Shown piece by piece: positions 19,986 to 29,124 of a stretch of DNA of 64,000 bases. The translations under genes and the position numbers were made by a program. The stretch's first letter is position 1. Each line of letters starts with the position of its first letter. Where the stretch lies: positions 5,225 to 69,224 of the forward strand of contig JBHHYJ010000004.1 in the NCBI GenBank assembly GCA_046757485.1, written 5' to 3'. Below the pieces are notes generated by a model. That model ran no database searches and was not told the origin of the DNA. It saw nothing but the letters and a program-made list of their open reading frames with translations. The stretch is from Gemmatimonadota bacterium (lineage in GTDB: Bacteria; Gemmatimonadota; Gemmatimonadetes; Palauibacterales; Palauibacteraceae).

Positions 19986-20248
19986 ACGGATCGGCGATCA
20001 CCCCGTTCGCCTGGGTCTTCATGGTGCTGAGCATGGGCGCGGTGACCGCGCTCGCCGTCTACTGCTACTACCGGATCCTCTTCGCGGGAGACGGCGCCGG
20101 AGGAGGAGCCGGCCGCCCCTCGGGTTCCGGGGGCGAGGCAGGAGACGCGGGCTACGTCCCGAGCCCGGAGCACGAGGTCGGGTCGACCTCCGAAGGCGGA
20201 GACGGGGGAGCCCTGGACGGCTCCGGACCGGCGCCCTCTCCTCCGTAG
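19982..20248 (+). CDS. Small single-TM membrane protein, possible NSS transporter accessory subunit
   Basis: ATGA overlap with the transporter stop; MNGSAITPFAWVFMVLSMGAVTALAVYCYYRIL followed by a low-complexity tail. Confidence 0.65.
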   Translation: MNGSAITPFAWVFMVLSMGAVTALAVYCYYRILFAGDGAGGGAGRPSGSGGEAGDAGYVPSPEHEVGSTSEGGDGGALDGSGPAPSPP

Positions 20249-20258
20249 CGGGCGTTCC

Positions 20259-21257
20259 TTGAAGCCTGAAGCCCGACGCGCCGAGCTGGAGGCCGTGTGG
20301 GCGGCGCTGCAGCGGGCCGGCCGCATCGTCCTCACGACGCACGTGAACGCGGACGGCGACGGGGCGGGATGTGAGGTCGCGGTGGCCGCCCGCCTGCGGC
20401 GAGACGGACGCGAGCCGGTCATCGTGAACCCCACCCCCTTTCCCTCCACGTACGCCTTCCTCCTGGAGGATCTCCCCGCCTACGCGGCTCGGGATCGTGA
20501 GGGGAAGGCCGCGCTGCGCGACGCCGACCTGTTTCTGGTGCTGGACACCTCGGAAGCAGGCCGCCTGGGCGGAGTCGCCGGGCGGTTCGAGGGCCGACCC
20601 GTAGCGGTCCTGGACCATCATCCGCCGAACCCGGACCCGCTCGGAGATCCGGCGGTCTTGGATCCGGACGCCTGTGCCACGGGAGAGCTCGTCTACGAGC
20701 TGTTGGAGCTGGCAGGGGGTGAGCTGCAACCGGCCGAGGCCCGGGCGCTGTACGTGGCGATCGCGACCGACACGGGGTCGTTTCGCTTCTCCAACACCTC
20801 GGCCCGGGCCCACGAGATGGTGGCCGAGCTGCTGAGGGCGGGAGCCGACCCGGCCGAGATGTACCGCCGTATCTACCGCCGGCTCACGCCCGCGCGGGTG
20901 TCGCTTCTCCAGCGCGCTCTGGCCTCCCTTCAGGTGGATCCCGAGCTGCCGATCGCCTGGGTGAGTCTCAGCCGGGTGGAGGTCGAGCAGGCGGGGGCGG
21001 CGAGCGAGGACATGGAGGGGATCGTGGAGTATCCCCGGCGTCTGGAGGGGATCGAGGTGGCGGTTCTCTTTCGCGAGCTCGCGGGGCGGCGGACGAAGGC
21101 CTCCCTGCGCTCCAACGGAGAGGTGGATGTGGCCGAGGTGGCCCGCATTCTGGGGGGCGGTGGGCACGCCAAGGCGGCGGGCGTGCTCTTGCAGCGACCG
21201 CTGGAGGAAGGCCGGGCCGCGGTGCTGGAGCAGCTGCGGAGCGCCATGCGAGGCTGA
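20259..21257 (+). CDS. nrnA: Bifunctional oligoribonuclease/pAp phosphatase NrnA (DHH/DHHA1)
   Basis: HVNADGDG, LDHH, TDTGSFRFSNT, SLRS and GGGGHAKAAG. Confidence 0.88.
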   Translation: MKPEARRAELEAVWAALQRAGRIVLTTHVNADGDGAGCEVAVAARLRRDGREPVIVNPTPFPSTYAFLLEDLPAYAARDREGKAALRDADLFLVLDTSEAGRLGGVAGRFEGRPVAVLDHHPPNPDPLGDPAVLDPDACATGELVYELLELAGGELQPAEARALYVAIATDTGSFRFSNTSARAHEMVAELLRAGADPAEMYRRIYRRLTPARVSLLQRALASLQVDPELPIAWVSLSRVEVEQAGAASEDMEGIVEYPRRLEGIEVAVLFRELAGRRTKASLRSNGEVDVAEVARILGGGGHAKAAGVLLQRPLEEGRAAVLEQLRSAMRG

Positions 21258-21456
21258 AGAGGCCGCACGAGAACGGTGGCCGGCCTTCCTGCCGCCGCGA
21301 AGTCGCCCTCCCGCTCCGGCGACCCTCGGGGTCCCGCCGAGGGCGCGGGAGCTTGATCCGAACGCCGATCCGCGTATCTTCTTATCGTCCCGTCTGTTCG
21401 TCCACAGCCCGGGCCGGGTGGCCCGGCACGAGGGTTTTTTGTGGGGAGGTGTGGAG

Positions 21457-21915
21457 ATGGACGAAGTCGCCTCGTTGGCGGGACCCACCCGTGCGGAGGA
21501 TTCCCCCGTCGCCGTTCGACTGCAGGCCCTGGCCCGGACCGTTCCACCGACGGAGATCGGCGAGCTGTGGGTCTTTCCTCCCCTGGAGGCGCTGGAGGGC
21601 TCGGCGGAGTTCTTCCTGTTCACCCGGCGCGTGGGGGAGGAGCGCCGCGGCCTGTACAGTGCCCGCCTCGAGGGGGAGAACGGATCGGGCGAGCGACAGG
21701 TGGTCGTGGAGCACGGTAGCGTGCCGGCCGATCGGGTGCCGCGGCTCGTGGACAGGCTCCAACGGCGACTGGGAGAGGGCTTCCGGCCGTACCACGCGGT
21801 TATCGACGGCTCGACCGTCCGCTGGGAGGAGCTTCTGCATACGCATCGGAACGGCGGGTCGCGCGAGGCGGTCCGCCGCGCGAACGGGGGTCCGGCGGGA
21901 CGCGCCGCCGATTGA
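21457..21915 (+). CDS. Hypothetical protein (152 aa)
   Basis: GGGGAGG RBS, GC3-rich codons, globular composition (ELWVFPPL, VEHGSVPADRVPRLV). Confidence 0.7.
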   Translation: MDEVASLAGPTRAEDSPVAVRLQALARTVPPTEIGELWVFPPLEALEGSAEFFLFTRRVGEERRGLYSARLEGENGSGERQVVVEHGSVPADRVPRLVDRLQRRLGEGFRPYHAVIDGSTVRWEELLHTHRNGGSREAVRRANGGPAGRAAD

Positions 21916-21992
21916 TCCGAGTAGCGCGAATCGTTACTCTTCTTCCCTGAACGCGGGTCGAGAACCGAGAACCCCGAGCGGGACACGAGACG

Positions 21993-22436
21993 GTGCGCGA
22001 GGCGGCGATCCACAGGGAAGAGCTGGAGCCCAGGTTACGGGCGGCCCTCGAGTTGGGAGGGCACCGCTTCACGGCGCAGCGGGCGGCCGTGTTCCAGGCG
22101 CTGGACGGAACCCGGTGCCATCCCACCGCGGACGAGATCTTCACCGCCGTACGAGAGCGGATTCCGGACATCAGCCTCGCCACCGTGTACAAGGCGCTGG
22201 AGGCGTTCGTGAGCTGCGGGCTGGCCCTCAAGCTGACCCTCGGGCCCGGTCCGGCCCGGTACGACAGCCGAACGGACCAACACGACCACGTGCGCTGCAT
22301 CGGGTGCGGCCGGGTGGCGGATGTGGGAGAGCCACGGAGCGTGGAGTGGCTTCGCAGCCTGGAGCGGAAGACGGATTATCAGGTCGTCGGCTATCGGCTG
22401 GAGCTCGTCGGCTACTGTCCCACCTGCCGCAACTGA
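21993..22436 (+). CDS. Fur family transcriptional regulator (PerR-like)
   Basis: TAQR, HPTADEI, SLATVYKAL, RYD, HDHVRCIGCG and CPTC. Confidence 0.93.
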   Translation: MREAAIHREELEPRLRAALELGGHRFTAQRAAVFQALDGTRCHPTADEIFTAVRERIPDISLATVYKALEAFVSCGLALKLTLGPGPARYDSRTDQHDHVRCIGCGRVADVGEPRSVEWLRSLERKTDYQVVGYRLELVGYCPTCRN

Positions 22437-22531
22437 GGACTCGCGGCCGAGCGCGCCCGTAGCTCGGGGGCCGTCCACCATCGCCCTCCTCCTCGTTCCT
22501 GGCCCGCCCTCGGCAAGACCCGCGCGCGCGA

Positions 22532-22560
22532 CCCGCCGTGGTTCTTCCACAGGCTCATAG
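22532..22560 (+). repeat. Dispersed 29-bp repeat family, copy C
   Basis: CCCGCCGTGGTTCTTCCACAGGCTCATAG; similarity to copy F extends about 30 bp upstream. Confidence 0.75.
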
Positions 22561-22566
22561 AGGGCC

Positions 22567-23547
22567 GTGAGCGAGCGTAGACGCATGAGAGCGCCCCGCG
22601 GCTCCCTCCCCGGCGCCCTGGAGGGCCATTCCTGGACCACCCCCTGCAGCTTCCTGGGCCTGGAACCGGCGGCGACCGTGTGGGACGAGGCGGAAGCCGT
22701 GATTCTTCCGATCCCCTACGAGGCGACGACGAGCTGGGGAGCCGGGACCCGGGAAGGCCCGCGGGCGATCCTGGAGGCCTCCCGCTATCTGGAGCCGTAC
22801 GACGAGGAGCTGGACACCGAGCCGTACCGGATCGGCGTGTGCACGCTCCCGGCGGTGGATCTCACGCGGGCCGGGCCGGAAGCCGCTGTGGCTCAGCTCC
22901 GGGAGCTGTACCGGGATCTCCTGGAGGTGGCGGGCGACCGCCTGGTCATCGGACTGGGGGGCGAGCACTCGATCAGCAGCGCTCCCGCGTGGGCGTGGGT
23001 CGACCGGTTGGACGGGGAGCTCACCGTCCTCCAGTTCGACGCGCACGCGGATCTGCGTGACCGGTACGGGGGGACCCCGTGGAGCCACGCGTGCGTGATG
23101 CGGAGGATCCTGGAGCGGGCGAGCCGGGTGGTGTCGGTCGGCGTACGCGCCCTCACGACGGAGGAGCGGAAGGTCATCGGCGCGGCGGGCGTCGAGACGA
23201 TCTTCGCCCACGAGATGCGGCGGCCCGGGTGGGTCGAGCGAGCCCTTTCCGCTCTCGGCCCACACGTCTACGTGACCTTTGATGTGGACTTCTACGATCC
23301 GTCGCTCGTCCCGGCCACCGGCACCCCGGAACCGGGAGGGGGAGACTGGTGGCAGGCGTTGGAGCTCCTGGCGCCCGTGTTCCGTGAGCGGAACGTGGTG
23401 GGGGCGGACGTTGTTGAACTGGCTCCCCGGGAAGGGGAAGCCGCGTCCGCGACGGTGGCGGCGAAGCTGGTGTACAAGATGATCGGCTTCCATGCGCGGC
23501 GGCGGGGTCTCCCGCCGCTCGCGCGGCAGGCGGAGGAGGACGGATAG
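22567..23547 (+). CDS. speB: Agmatinase
   Basis: GGEHS, FDAHADLRD, SHAC, DVD, TGTPEPGG and DVVELAP. Confidence 0.92.
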   Translation: MSERRRMRAPRGSLPGALEGHSWTTPCSFLGLEPAATVWDEAEAVILPIPYEATTSWGAGTREGPRAILEASRYLEPYDEELDTEPYRIGVCTLPAVDLTRAGPEAAVAQLRELYRDLLEVAGDRLVIGLGGEHSISSAPAWAWVDRLDGELTVLQFDAHADLRDRYGGTPWSHACVMRRILERASRVVSVGVRALTTEERKVIGAAGVETIFAHEMRRPGWVERALSALGPHVYVTFDVDFYDPSLVPATGTPEPGGGDWWQALELLAPVFRERNVVGADVVELAPREGEAASATVAAKLVYKMIGFHARRRGLPPLARQAEEDG

Positions 23548-23549
23548 AT

Positions 23550-24287
23550 ATGGACAGTTTCGGAATCAGCGCGGCCGTCGCCTTCGGGGCCGGGATCCTC
23601 TCCTTCCTCTCCCCCTGCGTGCTCCCGCTCGTGCCCTCGTACGTCTCGTTCGTAACGGGGATGGGGATGGAGGAGCTGGAGGAAGGGGGGGGCGGCGTGC
23701 GGCGCACCGTCCTCCTGCACTCCCTTCTCTTCGTCCTCGGCTTCTCCCTCATCTTCATCGCGTTCGGGGCCTCCGCCACGCTGATCGGTCAGCTCCTGCG
23801 CGATCAGCAGCTGTGGATCACGCGGATCGGCGGGGCGATGGTCGTCCTCTTCGGGCTCCACCTGCTCGGGATCACGCCGCTCCGCTTCCTGAGCCGGGAG
23901 CGGCGCATGCACCTTCAGCGCAAGCCTCTGGGCTACGCCGGATCGCTGCTGGTGGGGATCACCTTCGGGGCCGGATGGACGCCGTGCATCGGCCCGATCC
24001 TGGGCGGGATCCTGACCCTCGCCGTCACCCGGGAGCAGGTGGCGGACGGCGTGCAGCTTCTGGGGGTCTACTCGCTGGGCCTGGCCGTGCCGTTCATGGT
24101 GAGCGCCCTGGCCCTCTCCTGGTTCCTCTCCACCTTCCGGCGGTTCCGGCGCTTCATTCCGTGGGTCGAGCGGGTGAGCGGCGGGCTCCTGGTGCTCGTC
24201 GGCTTCCTTCTCCTCACCGGGCAGTTCACGGCGCTGGCCGCCTGGGCGGCCCGGCTGACCCCCGATTTCATTCTGGATCGGATCTAG
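23550..24287 (+). CDS. ccdA: Cytochrome c biogenesis protein CcdA
   Basis: SFLSPCVLPLVPSY and GWTPCIGPILG; 6 TM helices. Confidence 0.93.
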   Translation: MDSFGISAAVAFGAGILSFLSPCVLPLVPSYVSFVTGMGMEELEEGGGGVRRTVLLHSLLFVLGFSLIFIAFGASATLIGQLLRDQQLWITRIGGAMVVLFGLHLLGITPLRFLSRERRMHLQRKPLGYAGSLLVGITFGAGWTPCIGPILGGILTLAVTREQVADGVQLLGVYSLGLAVPFMVSALALSWFLSTFRRFRRFIPWVERVSGGLLVLVGFLLLTGQFTALAAWAARLTPDFILDRI

Positions 24288-24373
24288 CCGGGAAGGAAGC
24301 GGATCGGGAAGGGGCGGGGCATCGGGCGTCCGGGGATTCGTCCACGCGGGCGAGGATCTGCGTCCGCGGGGGA

Positions 24374-26167
24374 CTACATGGGTCGATCGGCGGGAGAGGA
24401 CAGGCTCTCCGCGAGCGACTCCTCCCGTTCGATCTCCTCCGCCAGAAGCTGCCGCTCCAGGAGGCGGGCGTACACCCCTCGGCGGGCGAGCAGCTCGTCG
24501 TGCCGTCCGCGCTCGGCGATCCGTCCTTCCTCCAGGACCAGGATGAGGTCCGCGTCCCGCACGGCGGATACTCGATGGGAGACGATGATGGCGGTCCGCT
24601 CCGACATGTAGCGGCGCAGCCCCTCCAGGATCGCCGTCTCCGTCTCCGAATCCACCGCCGACAGGGCGTCGTCGAGAACGAGGAGGGGGGAGTTCCGGAC
24701 GAGAGCGCGGGCCAGCGCGGCCCGCTGCTTCTGCCCCCCGGAGAGGTTGACCCCCCTCTCCCCCAACCGCGTATCCAGGCCTTCCGGCAGAACCTCGATC
24801 GTCTGACGGAGCTGCGCGACCCGCAGGGCCCGGTCGAGCCGTCCGGGCGGCAGCTGACGCTTGCCGTCCGTGAGCTCGATGTTGCGTCTCAACCGCATGC
24901 CGAAGAGGAAAGGCTCCTGGGGGACCATGGAGATGGCGTCCCTGAGCTCGGAAAGGCGCAGGCGGCGCACGTCGATCCCGTCCAGCCTCACGACGCCTTC
25001 CGTGGCATCGTACAAGCGGGGGATGAGGCGCACGAGGGTCGTCTTTCCGCTGGCCGTGGCTCCCACGACGGCCACCGTCTGGCCGGGCTCGATGCGGAAG
25101 GAGAGCCCCCGCAGGGCCCAGTGGTCCGCGCCCGGGTACCGGAAGGAGACGTCGTCGAACTCCACCTCGCCCCGGGCCGTCGGGAGCGGAACCGCGTCGG
25201 TCGGGTCGGCGATCGCCGGCTCGGCGGCCATGAGGGCGTTGATCCGTCCCATGGATGCCGCTCCCCGCTCGAAGAGGTTCGTCACCCACCCGAGGGCGAT
25301 CATCGGCCACGTGAGCAGCGTGAGGTAGGAGGCGAACGCCACGAAGTCGCCCAGGGTGATCGCCCCGGCCAGAACCCGTCGCCCGCCGAACCACAGCACC
25401 ACGACGGCTCCGGCGCCCGTGAGCAGGGTCAGGGTCGGCTGGAACGCTCCCCAGACCCGGGCCAGCGCCATGTTCCGGTGCTGATACTCCTCGTTCAGGC
25501 CGCCGAACTCCTCCTTCTGGGCCGCCTCCTGCGTGTACGCCTTCACGATGCGGATTCCGCTCAGGTTCTCCTGCACGTAGTTGGAGAGCTCGGCGAACTG
25601 AGCCTGGATCCGCTCGAAGCGAAGGTGGATCTTCTTGCCGAAGTAGAAGGTGGCGGGAGCGACGACCAGCATCGGCAGCATGGCGAACAGGGTGAGCCAC
25701 GGGTCGATCCACACCATGAGTCCGAGCGCGAGCAGGGAGAGCGTCGCGGTGTTCACCAGGTACATGATCGCCGGACCGGCGACCTGGCGAACGGCGAGCA
25801 CGTCGTTCGTCAGGCGGCTCATCAGGTCGCCCGTGCGCCACGCGTCGAAGAACTGCGCGGGCAGCCGCAGGAGGTGGTCGAAGAGGTCGTTCCGCAGATC
25901 CGCCTCCATTCGGCGGCTGATCCCGTTCAAGAGCTCCCGCATGCCGTACCGCGCGGCGCCCGCGCCCAGCGCCACCAGGACCAGGAGGAGGGAGTATTGG
26001 GCGATCAGGTCGCGGCGCAGCTCCTGCTCCAGCGCGTCGATCGCGACCTTGAGGAGGTAGGGGCCGGCGATGGTGAACAGATTCCCGACGACGACGAGGA
26101 GGAGGCCGACCGCCATCCCCCTCCGGTAGGGCCGGAAGTACGGCTTCAGCGTGCGAAGCTGTTTCAT
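24374..26167 (-). CDS. ABC exporter, fused permease/ATPase (MdlA/MsbA-like)
   Basis: TM domain with RTGDLMSR; Walker A GATASGKT; LSGGQKQR; LDDALSAVD; SHR. Confidence 0.95.
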   Translation of the reverse strand: MKQLRTLKPYFRPYRRGMAVGLLLVVVGNLFTIAGPYLLKVAIDALEQELRRDLIAQYSLLLVLVALGAGAARYGMRELLNGISRRMEADLRNDLFDHLLRLPAQFFDAWRTGDLMSRLTNDVLAVRQVAGPAIMYLVNTATLSLLALGLMVWIDPWLTLFAMLPMLVVAPATFYFGKKIHLRFERIQAQFAELSNYVQENLSGIRIVKAYTQEAAQKEEFGGLNEEYQHRNMALARVWGAFQPTLTLLTGAGAVVVLWFGGRRVLAGAITLGDFVAFASYLTLLTWPMIALGWVTNLFERGAASMGRINALMAAEPAIADPTDAVPLPTARGEVEFDDVSFRYPGADHWALRGLSFRIEPGQTVAVVGATASGKTTLVRLIPRLYDATEGVVRLDGIDVRRLRLSELRDAISMVPQEPFLFGMRLRRNIELTDGKRQLPPGRLDRALRVAQLRQTIEVLPEGLDTRLGERGVNLSGGQKQRAALARALVRNSPLLVLDDALSAVDSETETAILEGLRRYMSERTAIIVSHRVSAVRDADLILVLEEGRIAERGRHDELLARRGVYARLLERQLLAEEIEREESLAESLSSPADRPM

Positions 26168-26391
26168 TAGATCGCGAGGCTCCCGCCGTTCTTCGGTCTC
26201 GGAGTTCCGGCTCCGGGGAGAGGTCCGGGCCACGCCCGGTTGGGATGCCGTCCGGCTCTCGGAACACCCGTCCTGGCGTGCGGTACGCAGAAGCGGGTGA
26301 CCGGCCCGGCCCCGGGGGCGTCAAAGCTACGGGAGGGCGCCGACGACAACAACACGCCGCCCTGGTGCGGCGGACCACCGGCGAGGCGACC

Positions 26392-27273
26392 ATGAACCGT
26401 TTGCACACAAGATGGAACGTAGGGGCGGCGGCTGCCGTTTCGCTGCTCCTCATCGGAGCCCCGCTGGCCTGCGGGGGCGGAGACCAGGAGCAGGCCGGCC
26501 AGGAGGCGGTGGACCGGGAGCTGGACATGGCTCTGGCGGATCGGCAAGCGGAGCCGGAGCTGCGGGACGAGCCCCAGGGAGAGGCGGCAGCCGAGACGGA
26601 GACGGCACCGCCGGCCCGCGAGCGGACGCCACCGCCTCCCCCACCTCCCCCGCCGCCACCGCCTCCCCCGGCGCGTACGGTCGCCCCGCCGCCGCCGCCC
26701 CCTCCGGCCGCGCCACCTGCTCCGCCCCCGGCTCCGGCCCGCGTTTCCGTGAGCGCGGCGGCCGGGACGACGTTCCGGGTGGAGCTGCTGGATGAGCTGA
26801 GCACGAAGGCGAATCGGGTGGGGGACGTCTTCGACGTCCGTCTGATCGACCCTCTCACGAGCGAGCGCATCGTGGTCGCGCCGGTCGGCTCGCTCATCCA
26901 GGGCAGGATCACGGCGCTCCAGAAGGGAGGGGACGGTCGGCCGGCGGTCCTCAAGGTGGAGTTCGAGGAGATTCGGGTGGACGGAGAGTACTATCCGATC
27001 GCCGCCACCGTCGTCGCGGCGGAGACGGAGACCCGGGCGCGCCAGGGAACCGGCAAGAAGGCCGCCAAGATCGGCGGCGGGGCGGCCGCGGGCGCGATCC
27101 TCGGGAAGGTGCTCGGAGGCGGGGCGAAGGGAGCCGTGATCGGCGCGGCCGTGGGTGCCGCGGCGGGCACGGCGATTACCCTGTCGGCCGACGGTCAGGA
27201 CGCCGTGCTGGCGGAGGGGTCCGAGATGACCCTGCGGCTGGACGAGCCGGTCACCGTCGAGGTGTCGCGGTAG
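26392..27273 (+). CDS. Lipoprotein with poly-proline linker, beta domain and glycine-zipper C-terminus
   Basis: Lipobox PLAC; poly-Pro runs; KIGGGAAAGAILG...GAVIGAAVGAAAGT. Confidence 0.7.
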   Translation: MNRLHTRWNVGAAAAVSLLLIGAPLACGGGDQEQAGQEAVDRELDMALADRQAEPELRDEPQGEAAAETETAPPARERTPPPPPPPPPPPPPPARTVAPPPPPPPAAPPAPPPAPARVSVSAAAGTTFRVELLDELSTKANRVGDVFDVRLIDPLTSERIVVAPVGSLIQGRITALQKGGDGRPAVLKVEFEEIRVDGEYYPIAATVVAAETETRARQGTGKKAAKIGGGAAAGAILGKVLGGGAKGAVIGAAVGAAAGTAITLSADGQDAVLAEGSEMTLRLDEPVTVEVSR

Positions 27274-27369
27274 GGACGCTTGGCCGAGGCTGCTTCGCCT
27301 CGGCCGTTGCGCGGGCCGGGGCCCCCGGCGATCTGTGGGGAGCCCCCGCGCGCCCGGAACGCGGGCGGC

Positions 27370-29124
27370 TCAGTATCCGGCGGCCCGTCCGCCGCGGCGC
27401 GGGTCGGCCGCCCCGTACAGCGTTCCGTCCGGGGCGAGATAGATGGACTGAACGTCGCCGGAGAACTCCTTCCTCTCCTCCACGCGGTGCCCACGCGCCC
27501 TGAGCGCGGCGACGACATCCGCCGGGAGTCCCCCGCGCTCGTAGAGGATCCGATCCGGTAGGTTCTGGTGATGGAAGCGGGGCGCGTTCACCGAAGCCTG
27601 CACGGGAAGCCCGTAGTCGATCCGGTCGGTGAGGATCTGAAAGACCGTGGTGATGATCGTCGCACCTCCCGGGGTTCCCGTCACCAGCTCCGTTCGGCCG
27701 TCGGGTCCGATGACCACCGTGGGCGCCATCGACGATAGCATCCGCTTGCCCGGAGCGATCGCGTTCGCCTCCCCCTGGACGAGGCCGTACGCATTGGGGA
27801 CGCCGGGCTTGGCCGCGAAGTCGTCCATCTCGTTGTTCAGCAGGAAGCCGGCGCCTCGGACCACGACCGCGGCGCCGAAGCTGCCGTTGAGCGTCGTCGT
27901 GACCGCGACCGCGGCGCCCGCCTCGTCCACCACCGAGAAGTGGGTCGTCTCCCGGCTCTCCACCGGCACAAGGTTGAAGCGCTCGGAGGCGGACGCGCGC
28001 CCCGGGTCGATCGAGGCCCGGAGGGAGTCGGCGTGCGCCGCGGAGAGCAGCCGCCGCACCGGGATCTGCACGTAGTCCGGGTCCCCGAGCCAGTAGTTCC
28101 GGTCCGCGTACGCCCGGCGCATCGCCTCCACCATGAGATGGATCGCCGCGGCCGAGTGCCACTCGTCCGGGTTCAGCTGAAAGCCGCCGACGATGTTGAG
28201 GATCTCGGCGAGCGCGATGCCGCCCGAGGAGGGAGGCGGCATCGAGAAGATCTGCCGATCCCGGTAGCGGATGGTGATCGGGTCCCGCCAGACGGCTCGA
28301 TAGTCGGCCAGGTCGCGGCGATCGATGAGCCCGCCTCCCCGCTGCATCTCCGCGGCCAGAGAGTCGGCGATCCAGCCCGCGTAGAACGCGTGTGCCCCCT
28401 GCTCGGCGAGCGTGCCGAGCGTGCGGGCGAGGTCCGGCTGGCGGAACAGGGATCCGACGGGCGGAGCCTCTCCTCCCGGAAGGAAGACGGCGGCCGTCTG
28501 CGGGTAGCGGGCCAGCCGCTCTCGGGCGGCGGCGAGGCTTTGGTGGAGCTCCCGGCGCACCCGGATCCCGTCGCGGGCGTACCGGACGGCCGGCTCCAGG
28601 AGCGTCTTCCAGGGAAGAGAGCCGAAGCGGCGGTGCGCCTCGGCCATCCCGGCCACGGAGCCGGGCACCCCGGCGGCCAGGTGCCCCGTCCAGCTCGCGC
28701 GGGTGACGCGGCCCTCCGCGTCCAGGTACATCGTGGGGGAAGCCTTCCCCGGGGCCCGCTCGCGGAAGTCCAGGGCCGCCTTCGTACCGTCGGCCAGCCG
28801 GAGTAGGAGGAACCCGCCGCCGCCCAGATTTCCGGCCTGCGGGTGGACCACGGCGAGGGCGAACTGGACGGCCACGGCCGCGTCCACCCCGTTTCCGCCG
28901 GCGCGCAGGATCTCCAGTCCGGCTTCCGTGGCCAGCGAGTCCGTCGTCGAGACCATCGCCCGCCGGCCCACGGCCGGCCGGGCATCGTACGGAAACGGCC
29001 AGCCCTCGGGAAAACGAGCCGCCGCGTCGGCGCTCGGAGCGCCCGGGGAGCCCGCGCAGGCGGCCGTGGCCGCCAGCCCGAGGCTCCATAGAGATCGGCT
29101 CCACCCGCGGGTCTTGCTCCTCAT
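27370..29124 (-). CDS. ggt: Gamma-glutamyltransferase (lipoprotein signal)
   Basis: GGNGVDAA, GNLGGGGF, catalytic ETTHFS, LNNEMDDF, RMLSSMAP, GTPGG and ADPR. Confidence 0.95.
   Translation of the reverse strand: MRSKTRGWSRSLWSLGLAATAACAGSPGAPSADAAARFPEGWPFPYDARPAVGRRAMVSTTDSLATEAGLEILRAGGNGVDAAVAVQFALAVVHPQAGNLGGGGFLLLRLADGTKAALDFRERAPGKASPTMYLDAEGRVTRASWTGHLAAGVPGSVAGMAEAHRRFGSLPWKTLLEPAVRYARDGIRVRRELHQSLAAARERLARYPQTAAVFLPGGEAPPVGSLFRQPDLARTLGTLAEQGAHAFYAGWIADSLAAEMQRGGGLIDRRDLADYRAVWRDPITIRYRDRQIFSMPPPSSGGIALAEILNIVGGFQLNPDEWHSAAAIHLMVEAMRRAYADRNYWLGDPDYVQIPVRRLLSAAHADSLRASIDPGRASASERFNLVPVESRETTHFSVVDEAGAAVAVTTTLNGSFGAAVVVRGAGFLLNNEMDDFAAKPGVPNAYGLVQGEANAIAPGKRMLSSMAPTVVIGPDGRTELVTGTPGGATIITTVFQILTDRIDYGLPVQASVNAPRFHHQNLPDRILYERGGLPADVVAALRARGHRVEERKEFSGDVQSIYLAPDGTLYGAADPRRGGRAAGY

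Noticed and set aside
23292-26954. Very long alternative-frame ORFs (for example 1220 aa at 23292-26954 minus, 892 aa at 23492-26170 plus, 837 aa at 34377-36890 minus)
   Set aside because: They are Arg/Pro/Gly-rich shadow frames overlapping well-supported genes, as expected at this GC content
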